This document shows, in pieces, positions 36,172 to 45,812 of a DNA stretch of 64,000 nucleotides; position 1 is the first letter of the stretch, and the number at the start of each line of letters is the position of its first letter. The notes under the pieces are model-generated. The model was not told the origin of the DNA, did not search any database, and was given only the letters and a program-made list of their open reading frames with translations. The stretch comes from an uncultured Bacteriovoracaceae bacterium (lineage in GTDB: Bacteria; Bdellovibrionota; UBA1018): NCBI GenBank assembly GCA_964563795.1, contig CAZLYB010000004.1:57026-121025 (forward strand). The letters run 5' to 3'. Position numbers and translations under genes: made by a program.

Positions 36172-37218
36172 TCAGTAATAAGGCATGAAGGCCACTGCAT
36201 CTCCCGCTTTGAGCGAAAGAGCTTCGGAAGCCTCGGGAAGAGAAGGCGACTGAAGCGAGAGCTCCGAGCCGCTGACTTTGACGGCCGCGTGAATCGCGCG
36301 GAACTGCCCCGGCTGCTGAGCGGAACTCGCGAGAAGTCCTATCATCTCGGGCGACTGAGACTGCGATGGCGCGCTCGAAAGCGCGTATCTCGCCATCCGG
36401 AGGATGGGCTGCAGCCGGCTCACTTCGCCCATGAAGTGGGGCCCTCCGTCGAAGGGGTCGACCTGCTTCTGATATTCAAACCCGATTTTCTTCAGCATGT
36501 GCAGGACGGGTTCGGTTTCCTTCCCCACCTTGCCGATCGAATTTCTCGCCTCCGCCGAGAGGAAGGTTGTGTAAATTTTTTCAATCGGAAACAAGGATAG
36601 AATGAATTCCTTGTCCTTCTGGCTGAGCTGGTCGGCCTCCCAGTAATCCATGTTGGTGAAGCGCCGCCCGATCGCCTCCCAGAGCGGCGCTTGGCCGCGT
36701 TTGTTGATCGGCGGCAGGAGCTCTGCCAGGATGCGGTCCTTGAACTTCTCCCGATTCAGGGCGAGGAACAAAAAGCGCACGAACGCGATTTGCCGGCCGA
36801 CGCGCTGATCGGAGTTGCGCCACTGCGGATCGATCACGAGCCCGCCGATTTCGGAGGGACCGTTGGAGTCCGTCTTGAGCGTGAGCGTCCCGTGGATGAA
36901 CCCGGTCTGGATCGTCTTCGAGAATTTTTCCTCGCTCCCAACTTGGAGGTAGAAATGCGGAGACTCCTCCGTCCCATGCTGGGAGGCGATCATCGAAGTC
37001 CCCAGGATCTGGCGGGTCGCCAGGTCCTCGGCGATGAAAATGTATTTCCCCTCCGAGAAATCCTCGTTCTCGCCGCGAAACGAGATCGAAGCTCTGTGGA
37101 TCCGCTCCTTGAGCAGATCCCGGTCGTTCGGGAGATTGATGAAGCCCGGGATCTGAGCGAACCGTTCGAGGGCATCCAGATCGCGGTCTTGAATCTCGCG
37201 CAGGAGGATCATAGGCAC
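36172..37218 (-). CDS. astA: Arginine/ornithine N-succinyltransferase (AstA/AruF family)
   Basis: The 348-aa length and overall similarity to the AstA family (N-terminal MILLREIQDRDLDALERFA) support the call. It overlaps the upstream M20 gene by 10 nt. Confidence 0.75.
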   Translation of the reverse strand: MPMILLREIQDRDLDALERFAQIPGFINLPNDRDLLKERIHRASISFRGENEDFSEGKYIFIAEDLATRQILGTSMIASQHGTEESPHFYLQVGSEEKFSKTIQTGFIHGTLTLKTDSNGPSEIGGLVIDPQWRNSDQRVGRQIAFVRFLFLALNREKFKDRILAELLPPINKRGQAPLWEAIGRRFTNMDYWEADQLSQKDKEFILSLFPIEKIYTTFLSAEARNSIGKVGKETEPVLHMLKKIGFEYQKQVDPFDGGPHFMGEVSRLQPILRMARYALSSAPSQSQSPEMIGLLASSAQQPGQFRAIHAAVKVSGSELSLQSPSLPEASEALSLKAGDAVAFMPYY

Positions 37219-38696
37219 GCTTTTTCGATGAGTTTCTCGTAAAAAGCCGTCGCTTTTTGCAAGTGGTCAAGCCAGTTGAATTCGTTCGGACTGTGGCTGT
37301 TGCCCTGCGAAAGGCCCGGGCCGAAGACGACCGCCTCGTAGCCCGCCTGAAAATACTGGGCCGCCTCCGTGGAAGTCGCCTTCTTGGCGAGCGCGGACTC
37401 GAGGTTCGCCTCCTTCAGCGAGGCCTCGCAGAGCTTCACCAGCTCATGGTCGCGCGTCATCCCGAGGCCGGGATTCATCCGCTCGCGCGCCGCCGAAATA
37501 TTCAAGTTCGAGTATTGAGCGGCGATCGACTGGATCTCCTTCTGGATGTGGCGCTCGATCTCCTCGGGCACGAGGTCCGGGAGCAGCCTCATGTCGAAGT
37601 TGAAATCCAGCCCCCCCACGCCCTGCCGCATCCGCCCGAAGTTCAGCGTGGAATGGGGCGGGTCGTAGGTGTCGTCGCGGACTTTCTTGAAATCCAGCAT
37701 GACCGACTGAAAGAGCTGAGCGATCTGGAGCACGCTCATGAACAGGTTGTCGGGCATGAACTTCGCGCCCGCGTCGCCCACTCCGCCGAACTCCACGCGG
37801 AAGGGCGGGGACTTCCCGGCGCTCTTCGCCTGGACGCTCTCCCTGAAGAACCGCTTGAAATCCTCGAACTGGTGCGAAGTCAGGTAAAACTGCGCCATCG
37901 CGCGGTCGGGGACCTTGTTCACCGTCTCGCCACCCTCCAGGCGCGTGAAGCGCAGCTCGAAGCCCGCCTCGATCGCGCTCCTCAGGAATTCGAGGAGCGA
38001 CAAGATCGCGTTCTCCCCCAGATCCGGGTAGGAGCTGTGGGCGGACCTCCCAAACGAAAACAAATCCACGCGCCGATTGAATCCCCTGACGTCGCGCTCG
38101 ATGAGCTGATAGCCGATCGACACCTTCAAGAGGTTGAAGCACTTGTGCGCGTAGACGACCTTGAGCTCCGAGGGCTCGCCAACCACGACGTAACGCGGGT
38201 TGAGCGCCATCGATTTGATGAGGTATTTCGCACCGAACATCCCGACTTCCTCGCCGCAGGTCCCGACGAGGTAGATCGGCTGCTTGAGTTTTTTCTCGCG
38301 GAACTTCTCGATCGCGTGGAGCTTGCAGAGAAAATCCAGCTTCACGTCCGCGGTGCCCAGGCCGTAAATCTTGCCTTCTTTCGTCGTCGCAGCGAAAGGG
38401 TCGCCGCCGACTTCGGTCCAATTCTCGGTGATCCCGGGGCTGACCGTGTCCAAATGCGTGTTAAGGAGGAGGCCCTTGCGGATTTTTCGGTCGACCAGGG
38501 GATCGCCCAGGATGCCGATCACGTTGAATTGGCGCTTCGAAAAATCCTCGAGCGAGTGGGTCACTTGCTGAAGCTGGGTTTTGAGGCCCCGGTCCTTCAA
38601 AAGCCCCACGACAAAATTGGCGAGCTCCTCATTGCCGTTCGAGGTGATCGAGTTGATCCGGATCATCTTGCGGGCTTCCTCGAGGAACCGCTTCAT
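37209..38696 (-). CDS. M20-family metallohydrolase (ArgE/DapE-like desuccinylase or deacetylase)
   Basis: Metal-binding motifs are LLLNTHLDTV, the Glu motif GTCGEEVG and a Zn-binding dimerisation domain. It is 495 aa. Confidence 0.7.
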   Translation of the reverse strand: MKRFLEEARKMIRINSITSNGNEELANFVVGLLKDRGLKTQLQQVTHSLEDFSKRQFNVIGILGDPLVDRKIRKGLLLNTHLDTVSPGITENWTEVGGDPFAATTKEGKIYGLGTADVKLDFLCKLHAIEKFREKKLKQPIYLVGTCGEEVGMFGAKYLIKSMALNPRYVVVGEPSELKVVYAHKCFNLLKVSIGYQLIERDVRGFNRRVDLFSFGRSAHSSYPDLGENAILSLLEFLRSAIEAGFELRFTRLEGGETVNKVPDRAMAQFYLTSHQFEDFKRFFRESVQAKSAGKSPPFRVEFGGVGDAGAKFMPDNLFMSVLQIAQLFQSVMLDFKKVRDDTYDPPHSTLNFGRMRQGVGGLDFNFDMRLLPDLVPEEIERHIQKEIQSIAAQYSNLNISAARERMNPGLGMTRDHELVKLCEASLKEANLESALAKKATSTEAAQYFQAGYEAVVFGPGLSQGNSHSPNEFNWLDHLQKATAFYEKLIEKACL

Positions 38697-40102
38697 GAGC
38701 GAACCTCAGGGAGAGCTTGCGCGATGAGGTCGCACGCCAAATCTACGTCCGCCTCAGTCATCGCCCCGAGCGGCGGCAGCATGCGCACCAAGTAGGGGTC
38801 ATGCCCGCAGTAGAACGCGACCGCGCCGCGGTCAAAGAGGCGCAGCAGCAGCCTGCGCACTTCATCGAGGCTCCCCCCATGCGGTTGAAAAGCAATCATC
38901 CCGCCGATGGCGCGGATTTCGCCGACTCCGGAATTCTTGAGCTTCTCGAGCCCGCGGACGAAGCGCTCGGAGAGTTTTTGGATCTTCCCGGATTTCCCGA
39001 GCAATCCCTCCTCATGCAAAAGCTCGATCGAACGCCGCGCGACCCGCAAAGCCGCCGTGCTCCCGGTGAAAGTCCCCGCGACCAAACCGGGCTTGGGATT
39101 GTACTCGGGACTGAAAAGCACGGCGCAGGCCTGCAGCATTTTGCCCACGGTCACGACGTCGATGAATTCAGCTAGCTCGAAGGTTTGGAACGCGAACAAT
39201 TCCCCGGTCCGCCCGAACGTCTGGACTTCATCCGCCCAAACGGCGAGGCCCGCCTTCTTCGCCTGGTCAAAAATCGCGGTGTAAAATTCCCGGGGCGCAT
39301 GGCGGAATCCCCCCTCTCCCTGCACGAGCTCCATCATGAGAGCCGCGAATTTTCCGGGATGCGCGCTCAAATGCTGGCTCATGCGCAGCGACGCCTTTTC
39401 GATCGAAGCCGGGAGCCCAAGCTTGGGGTCGAAAAAGGGCAAGTACTCGACCTCCCCGTAAACCGGCTGCCCTTCCCGGTATTTGGGGTTGTCCGTGATT
39501 TCCTGCATGGCGGTGGAGCGGCCCGCGAAGCCCGATTCGAAGGCCAAGATCTTGGTGGCGGGGGATTTTTTCTGGCGGATGATCTTGAGCGCGATCTCGT
39601 TGGCCATCGTGCCGCTGCAAGTGATCCAGCCATTCCGAATCTTTGAGGAAGGGCCCACGCGATCCAAAAGCGCGCGCAAAAGCACCGGCGCCTCGTAGCC
39701 CGGCTCCAGGTTCCCCTGCATGAGATCCGAGCTCAACGCCTCGATCGACTCCGCGATCAGCTGCGGATGGCTATGACCGAAGAAATTGATGCCGATTCCC
39801 GTGATGAGATCCAGCTTCACGCTGCCGTCCAAAAGCTCGACGAACGGCCCGGAGCCCAAGCCGGAAGCGAGAAAAGGGAAATAAAGCTCCCTTCCCCGAT
39901 CATGATTGAACTGCTTCAGAAACTCTTGGTAGCGCGCCCTGACGTCGGCGTCCTGGGAGGAGGGCTTGACCCCCCGCAGATTCCTCGAGCTTTCGATGAT
40001 TGCGCCGAGCAATTCGCGCTTGGCGCCTTGAAAGCGCGAGGAGTTCAGAAGGCCTTGGGACTCGAGAGAAGCTGGTGGTTTTATGGAAGTCATTGTATGC
40101 AT
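38693..40102 (-). CDS. Class III PLP aminotransferase (succinylornithine/acetylornithine transaminase-like) with an N-terminal extension
   Basis: Motifs are LDGSVKLDLITGIGINFFGHSHP and the PLP region CSGTMANEIALKI. The start was tentatively set at MHTMTSIK; the track ORF begins at 40156. Confidence 0.75.
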   Translation of the reverse strand: MHTMTSIKPPASLESQGLLNSSRFQGAKRELLGAIIESSRNLRGVKPSSQDADVRARYQEFLKQFNHDRGRELYFPFLASGLGSGPFVELLDGSVKLDLITGIGINFFGHSHPQLIAESIEALSSDLMQGNLEPGYEAPVLLRALLDRVGPSSKIRNGWITCSGTMANEIALKIIRQKKSPATKILAFESGFAGRSTAMQEITDNPKYREGQPVYGEVEYLPFFDPKLGLPASIEKASLRMSQHLSAHPGKFAALMMELVQGEGGFRHAPREFYTAIFDQAKKAGLAVWADEVQTFGRTGELFAFQTFELAEFIDVVTVGKMLQACAVLFSPEYNPKPGLVAGTFTGSTAALRVARRSIELLHEEGLLGKSGKIQKLSERFVRGLEKLKNSGVGEIRAIGGMIAFQPHGGSLDEVRRLLLRLFDRGAVAFYCGHDPYLVRMLPPLGAMTEADVDLACDLIAQALPEVRS

Positions 40103-40174
40103 CTTTAATAGCCGCGAGCATGCTCGCGGCGCATTCGCTGGCGCCCAGGGGCGCAACGAGGTTATCGTTCGTTT

Positions 40175-40951
40175 ATGAGAAAAAAAAACTCACCTCTCGC
40201 AAGAAGTTTCTCAAGGAATATCACCCGCTTGCTTTTTTGGCAAACCAGGCGCGCGCGCCTTTTGAGCGTCGCTGCTCTGGCGTTCGCCCTGGGAATCGGC
40301 ATCACCAGCTGCTCCAATCCGGCGATCGATGAAACCAACCCCGAAACTCTCATGAAAGAGGCCGAGGACGACATCAAGAACGATCACTACCAGATCGCGA
40401 TCGATAAACTGCGAATCGTCAAAAATAAATTCCCTTATTCCAAGTTCGCGGCTGAAGCGCACCTCCGCATGGGCGACGTGCAGTACATGGAGGAGTCTTT
40501 CGCCGAAGCGGCGGTCACTTACGAGACCTTCCGCGACCTGCATCCCAAGCATGAGCGCATCGCTTACGCGCTCTATCGGATCGGGAAATCCTACTATAGC
40601 GAAATCCCCGGCACCATCGCGCGCGACATGTCGCCTGCCCTCAAGGCCCAGGAAGCCTACGGGGACTACCTGACGCGATTCCCGAAGGATGCGCAAGCCG
40701 AGGAAGCCCGCAAGGAGCAGGAAGAGGTTCGCGCGAAGCTCGCCGAAAAAGAGCTCTACATCGCCAACTATTACTCCAAGCGGGATTTCCACGAGTCCGC
40801 GAAACCCCGCTACCAAAAGATCCTTCAGCTTTACCCTGAGACCGTCTCCGCGAAGGAAGCGCGTGAGAAATTGGAAATGATCAGAAAACTGCCACCCAAG
40901 GAGCCGGACCCCGATGATCGACCTTTCAGAAAAGTCCCTGAATCCCTCTAA
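40175..40951 (+). CDS. bamD: Outer membrane protein assembly factor BamD (TPR lipoprotein)
   Basis: The lipobox is ALGIGITSC. TPR repeats with YxxAxxY and the conserved BamD pattern follow (FPYSKFAAEAHLRMGDVQYMEESFAEAAVTYETF). The true start may be the TTG at about 40229, preceded by AAGGAA. Confidence 0.75.
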   Translation: MRKKNSPLARSFSRNITRLLFWQTRRARLLSVAALAFALGIGITSCSNPAIDETNPETLMKEAEDDIKNDHYQIAIDKLRIVKNKFPYSKFAAEAHLRMGDVQYMEESFAEAAVTYETFRDLHPKHERIAYALYRIGKSYYSEIPGTIARDMSPALKAQEAYGDYLTRFPKDAQAEEARKEQEEVRAKLAEKELYIANYYSKRDFHESAKPRYQKILQLYPETVSAKEAREKLEMIRKLPPKEPDPDDRPFRKVPESL

Positions 40952-41654
40952 ATCCGAGGGTTCCTCCTCGCGGCTTTCGGAGCTCCTCTCGCGGCGAGAA
41001 TTTCAGCAGGCCGAGCAGCTCATCACGGCGCGACTTCGCGAAGATCCCGAGGACCCCGACACCCATTATTTTCACGGCGTGCTCCGCTACCTGCAGGGGC
41101 AGCTGGCGCCCACGGTCGAATCCCTGAAGAAGGCGCTGCTTCTGGATCCGAAGCACACCGACGCCGCCATTTGCCTCTCAGTCCTCTATAATGACATCGG
41201 AAAATACGACGAGGCCAAGCGCGTCTTCGAGCAGGCCAATCAATCCGTCACCGCGAAGGCTTCGCTCGAGAATTCAGAGATCAACCGCAAGTTCGCGGTC
41301 AAGCACTTGGAGATCGCGGATCTTTACTTCAGATACCGCCGCTTTGATGAGGCGATCGAGGAATACGGCAAAGCGATCCTGCTCGAACCCTCGAACCTCG
41401 AGATCCGCATCCGGCGAGCCAAGGCGTACGCCAAAAAGGGCTTCCTCACCCGCTCCATGCAGGAGCTTCAGCAGCTCAAGCATGAATATCCCGAGTACAT
41501 CCCGGCGCGGATCCAGCTGGGGCTGCTGCATTACAGCCAGGGCAACGTGCTCGATGCGGAGCTCGAATGGGAAGCCGTGCTCGAGATCGACGCGGATCAC
41601 CGCGAGGCGCAGGCTTATTTGAAGATGGCGCAGCAGATGCGCACGAAGGTGTGA
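40914..41654 (+). CDS. TPR-repeat protein
   Basis: It has 4-5 TPR-like helical repeats (for example ADLYFRYRRFDEAIEEYGKAILLEPSN). It overlaps the bamD 3' end by 38 nt. Confidence 0.6.
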   Translation: MIDLSEKSLNPSKSEGSSSRLSELLSRREFQQAEQLITARLREDPEDPDTHYFHGVLRYLQGQLAPTVESLKKALLLDPKHTDAAICLSVLYNDIGKYDEAKRVFEQANQSVTAKASLENSEINRKFAVKHLEIADLYFRYRRFDEAIEEYGKAILLEPSNLEIRIRRAKAYAKKGFLTRSMQELQQLKHEYPEYIPARIQLGLLHYSQGNVLDAELEWEAVLEIDADHREAQAYLKMAQQMRTKV

Positions 41655-41666
41655 GCGACGGAGCGG

Positions 41667-42350
41667 TTATTGAGAAAGCTGCCGCCCGTATTCGCCGAGC
41701 TGCGTCCACAAGCAGCTTTCCTGACCTGAGCTCACGTCTACGCTTGAATCACTATCCATGATTTCAGCTGTATTGCATTTCCCTCGCTTCAGCTGCTTCA
41801 CGACGTTGACGCTTCTCTCGAGGGATTTTGAAAAATCCGCCAGCCCGCCCCCGGCGTTTTGGGCCACTTTGCGGTAGCAATCGGATCGCATCTCAATTTG
41901 CTCCCGATCTTGCACGCGGAGTTTTCGCGTGGACGGTGTCCGCGGCATGGTGATGCAAATCGACTGGAGCAAACCCAGCTGCAGGAGCTGGTTGGACTTC
42001 AAACCCGCCGCACCGCGCTTTCGGAAGTCAGGTTCGGCATAGTTTTGAATGTATTGCGCTCCCCCCGAAATGCACGCGGAGTAAGCGCTTTTAGCTATGG
42101 ATTCATCGCCTCGCTTGCTTTCACCCGCCGAAACGAACGCTCCGCAACCGAGCGCGACGCTCTTTTCGAGGGAACGCGCGGGGTATCGATCCAGCCCTTT
42201 GGCGATGCATTGAATGGCGCTCTTGCCTTTGCAGATCTCCTGCAATTCTCTCGCTGTCAGCAACCTTGGGCCTTGCTCTCCGCATTCCAACGCAAGCGAT
42301 GGAGTTATGAATCCTGCCGCTGCAATAAACGCTAAAACTGGATTGATCAT
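41667..42350 (-). CDS. Cys-rich secreted protein (paralog of 43134..43814)
   Basis: The start was refined to MINPVLAFIAAAGFITPSLA (signal peptide). It has 10 or more Cys and shares LLQLGLLQSIC and CYRKVAQNAGGGLADFSKSLE with the paralog. Confidence 0.5.
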   Translation of the reverse strand: MINPVLAFIAAAGFITPSLALECGEQGPRLLTARELQEICKGKSAIQCIAKGLDRYPARSLEKSVALGCGAFVSAGESKRGDESIAKSAYSACISGGAQYIQNYAEPDFRKRGAAGLKSNQLLQLGLLQSICITMPRTPSTRKLRVQDREQIEMRSDCYRKVAQNAGGGLADFSKSLERSVNVVKQLKRGKCNTAEIMDSDSSVDVSSGQESCLWTQLGEYGRQLSQ

Positions 42351-42629
42351 CAGAGCTACATAGACATATTTATAAATAAGGTCAAAAAAATTATGAGATA
42401 CGTGCAGCTGGCCCGCATCCCCTCCACTCCGCCTCGGCGCCAATTCACCTTAGGCTGATTTGGGACCTCGGCTTATTTTTATATTGAGCCTGAAAAATCC
42501 TGAAATCCCTGTCGATGGATTCATACACTACTTGATCCCTCTTTTCGGCTTCCGTCACTCGAAGCAAGTACGCATGCGTTTCCCAAAGCCTGAACGCCTG
42601 TTCCTGATCCACTAAGCCTGTCAACTGAA

Positions 42630-43082
42630 TCAAGCACCCCGCTTTTGACGGCCCGAGGGATACGCAAATTGATCCAGGCGATCGATCGTGGAATCGAACC
42701 TTCCGCTGTAGGTTAGGCAAATTCGGTAAATCTCATCGACGACCGGTTGATTCGCGTGAGAGGGAGCCTCATTGAGGGCTTGCACCAAGCAGCTTGAATA
42801 AAATCGGAATCGAAGCCCGTTCCTCACATCGGAAAAGACTTTGTAGTTTTTGTAATAATAGCCGCACCCCTCGTAAACGAGGGACTCGTAAGCCCCTTCT
42901 TTGAACTGCTTGCGCAATGATGACTCGAGACAACGCAATTCCTCGAGCGAAGAGATCTCACCGGAGATCTTGCATGCGCTCAGGGCTGCATGCTGCTTCT
43001 GATAATAAGGGGCGAAAATGCCGCTCCCGAACGACGCAGCCAACGCGCCACTTGCCACCCACCCCAACACGATTGCCCACAT
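42630..43082 (-). CDS. Cys-containing secreted protein (150 aa)
   Basis: It has a signal peptide (MWAIVLGWVASGALAASFG) and 8 Cys, and sits between the two Cys-rich paralogs. A 91-aa ORF (42445..42720) overlaps its 3' end and is of uncertain reality. Confidence 0.45.
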   Translation of the reverse strand: MWAIVLGWVASGALAASFGSGIFAPYYQKQHAALSACKISGEISSLEELRCLESSLRKQFKEGAYESLVYEGCGYYYKNYKVFSDVRNGLRFRFYSSCLVQALNEAPSHANQPVVDEIYRICLTYSGRFDSTIDRLDQFAYPSGRQKRGA

Positions 43083-43133
43083 CAGTCGTCAATAGGCCTA
43101 AATCCCAAACTTGGCAAGTGGGGCCAGTTGCGC

Positions 43134-43814
43134 TTACTGTGAAACGCCAATACGCTGGGCCTGCGCTGTCTTCCAGGCTTGCAACTGATCTCGAAGGCAA
43201 TTCTCCTTTGCCAATTCGAAAAGAGCATTTACATCGCCTTGCTCATGAAGCACGTGATTCATTCTGCTTAAAATCGCCTTGAGACCGCAGGGGGCGTCTT
43301 TTTTGTCGAACCCCGAATCCATTTCAAGAGACCCGTAAAACTTGCTCAGCCTCCCGCCAGCCCCGCGCGCGATCCGGTCATAGCAACTCGCCTGAGCGGC
43401 CAATCTCAGGCTCTGGATCTGCGGATCCAATGCCTTGCGATCCGACTCATTCAGCTTTTCGGAATGAACCGGCGTGGTGCATGCGGTCTGCAGCAATCCC
43501 AATTGCCCAAGCTGATTTTTGATCTGCAAGCGCATGGGCCATCGCAGATGAAAAGGCCCCAGGTAAGTTCTAATGAAGGCCACGCCATTTTTTATGCAAT
43601 CGGAGCGCGCTCGCTGAAAAAGATCCTGAATCTTGGGATCGCTGGAATTCTTCATGGAGCGCCCCAAATAACTCTGACAGCCGAGGATCAGGTTTTTTTC
43701 TTCCGATCCGCCGGGGTACTGATGGAGCGAGGGGGGCGCGTTTTTTACGAAAGAAGCGCGGCGCTCATCAGCCCAACCACTGAGCGAAAAAAACAGCAAT
43801 AAACTCATCCACAT
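43134..43814 (-). CDS. Cys-rich secreted protein (paralog of 41667..42350)
   Basis: It has a signal peptide (MWMSLLLFFSLSGWA) and shares QLGQLGLLQTAC and SCYDRIARGAGGRLSKFYGSLE with the paralog. Confidence 0.5.
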   Translation of the reverse strand: MWMSLLLFFSLSGWADERRASFVKNAPPSLHQYPGGSEEKNLILGCQSYLGRSMKNSSDPKIQDLFQRARSDCIKNGVAFIRTYLGPFHLRWPMRLQIKNQLGQLGLLQTACTTPVHSEKLNESDRKALDPQIQSLRLAAQASCYDRIARGAGGRLSKFYGSLEMDSGFDKKDAPCGLKAILSRMNHVLHEQGDVNALFELAKENCLRDQLQAWKTAQAQRIGVSQ

Positions 43815-43886
43815 CGGATGAGCCTTAGATCAAAATCCCGCTTTTTTTGCAAGAGCAAGAGGATGAAAGTTAATCAAGCCCTGTCT

Positions 43887-44474
43887 TCAGGTTAGACCCA
43901 CCGCCGTCGGCGAGGGAGCGATGTTCCGCAGCGTGACCGCGAAAACGCCGGTCGCTTCCGACGATGCCGCGTCAGCGCCGCGGTTCGCGGCGGCGCTCTG
44001 ACCGGCCGCAGTCTGCGCCTGAATCGTCATGAGATGCGCGCGCAATTCCTTGAAGATCGGGTGCTTCACCGCGTATTCGTTCTCTTGAAGGACGACTTGC
44101 TTGGCGAGCTGGGAGCGCAGGTTGATCACGAGCGGGGCTTTGAGGTTGGCGGACATCTGGGCCACGTCGCCAGGAATGGTCAAAATCGTGAAAACCACCG
44201 AATGGTTCACTGTATCAAGCTTGAGCTCTCGGAGCTCCGAAGCTGAAAGCCGAGCCGCATAATTGGGTTTAAATACTTTGGGCTCAAGCACTGGAAACGC
44301 GATTAACGGATGATCCACCGACTGCAGCCAAAGGATCAATGTCTCATCGCCTGGATCCACCAGGCAATACCGATGCTGCTCAGGGAACCCTAGAATCCCT
44401 TGCGGCATATGAATCAATTCGTCGTCCCCGACTTTGAGCTCACCAAAACGTCCTGTTTTAATAATCACGCTCAT
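43887..44474 (-). CDS. fliW: Flagellar assembly factor FliW with a C-terminal extension of about 50 aa
   Basis: The N-terminal 140 aa match the FliW/DUF180 pattern (MPQGILGFPEQHRYCLV, PLVIN). It lies adjacent to csrA. Confidence 0.8.
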   Translation of the reverse strand: MSVIIKTGRFGELKVGDDELIHMPQGILGFPEQHRYCLVDPGDETLILWLQSVDHPLIAFPVLEPKVFKPNYAARLSASELRELKLDTVNHSVVFTILTIPGDVAQMSANLKAPLVINLRSQLAKQVVLQENEYAVKHPIFKELRAHLMTIQAQTAAGQSAAANRGADAASSEATGVFAVTLRNIAPSPTAVGLT

Positions 44475-44504
44475 CCCCTAATGGAAACTGTACTGCTAAA
44501 TGCT

Positions 44505-44729
44505 CTATCCTTTCAATGCTTTTGTCACGGAACTCATTTCCGTGGGCGCTTGGATCGCCTCCTTATTTTGTTGTTGGATAGCTTCATAAACTTCTTCGCG
44601 ATGTATTTTGGTTTCTTTAGGCGCCTGGATGCCGAGTCGAACTTGCTTACCCTTGATTTGAACCACGACAATCTTGATATGATCGTCGATCGCTATGCTT
44701 TCCCCCAATTTTCGGGTGAGTACTAACAT
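44505..44729 (-). CDS. csrA: Carbon storage regulator CsrA
   Basis: [48 protein letters not shown] is a canonical CsrA. An upstream GGAG ribosome-binding site is present. Confidence 0.9.
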   Translation of the reverse strand: MLVLTRKLGESIAIDDHIKIVVVQIKGKQVRLGIQAPKETKIHREEVYEAIQQQNKEAIQAPTEMSSVTKALKG

Positions 44730-44816
44730 AAGATCTCCGTTTCCATTCGGGCACGTATTCCGTTACAGGGACTCCTTTATGCTAACGCACCGCCACTTGC
44801 AACTCGAAATCCCCGG

Positions 44817-45800
44817 CTACCGCAAAAAATCAAGCAAAGTGGGCTGGATCAACTTTCGAGATGTAGCCAGCGCGCTTCTAAAAACAGTCTCTTCTTTCGC
44901 CAAATCACTCACGACCTGAACCATATCAGCATCTTCCAAAGACGAGCTCAACATCGCATTCGTGATGTTGTTTCTCTCAATCGCTTGGTTGGCGGATTGA
45001 ATTCCTTGGGCTCTTGAACCAATCTGCGCCCGAACCGCAACCAGCTTTCGATGCAAGGAATCGAACTTCTCGAGCGATTGCCTCACCCCCTCGATATCCC
45101 CGCTGAGCAGCGCGATGCGCAGGCTCTGCAGTTGATCAAAAAGGTTAACATTCGCTTCCTCATCCGCCTTCGATGCGGGGGCGCGCTCTGAAATCGTTTC
45201 GCCGTTTTCCTTTCGCTCCTGCTCTGACTGCTGGGCTCTGAAAACCTGTTCAGGCTCGGTATTGAAAACATCCATCCCCGGGATGTTGATCGTGACGAAA
45301 ACGTCTTTGCTCGTCTCCAGCATCATCTGCCCGCGATCGCCCCGGTATTGCCCATTCATGTCGACCGGGGGCTGGGTGGTTTTATATCCACCGAATAGAA
45401 AACGATTCGCCACGTTTCGATTTGAAACGGAGACGGCTTGGTTGAAAAGCTGCGTGACTTCCTCGGAGACGCCGATGCGGGTGTCCTCATTCGAGCTCGC
45501 TCCGCTCGCCTGGCCGAGGGCGATTTCCTTCGCCCGGAGGACGATTTCGGAAAGCTCGCTGACCGCCTGATCGGAATTGTTGAGGAACGCCTCGGCGATC
45601 TTTGAGTTGACCTGGTACTGGTCGTTGTTCACCTTGTCCGTCCTCAATTCGAGGACCTTCACGGATCCCACGGGATCGTCCGAGGGCGCATTGAGCTTCT
45701 TCAAGGTCGCGGATTGGCCTTGAAGAGTCTCCATTCGCTCCTTGCTGCGGCGGATGCTGTCCCGGACCACGTCGTAATTGGTATTTTCAGTGACTCTCAT
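44817..45800 (-). CDS. flgL: Flagellar hook-associated protein 3 FlgL
   Basis: It has the flagellin-like N-terminus MRVTENTNYDVV, a C-terminal coiled-coil region, and is 327 aa long. Confidence 0.85.
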   Translation of the reverse strand: MRVTENTNYDVVRDSIRRSKERMETLQGQSATLKKLNAPSDDPVGSVKVLELRTDKVNNDQYQVNSKIAEAFLNNSDQAVSELSEIVLRAKEIALGQASGASSNEDTRIGVSEEVTQLFNQAVSVSNRNVANRFLFGGYKTTQPPVDMNGQYRGDRGQMMLETSKDVFVTINIPGMDVFNTEPEQVFRAQQSEQERKENGETISERAPASKADEEANVNLFDQLQSLRIALLSGDIEGVRQSLEKFDSLHRKLVAVRAQIGSRAQGIQSANQAIERNNITNAMLSSSLEDADMVQVVSDLAKEETVFRSALATSRKLIQPTLLDFLR

Positions 45801-45812
45801 GATTCACCTCCA

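Noticed and set aside
42445-42720. A 91-aa minus-strand ORF overlapping the 3' end of the 150-aa secreted-protein gene
   Set aside because: It overlaps the better-supported 150-aa ORF (signal peptide, Cys pattern) by 90 nt, has no signal or homology, and is probably a spurious extension. It is kept only as a low-probability small gene.
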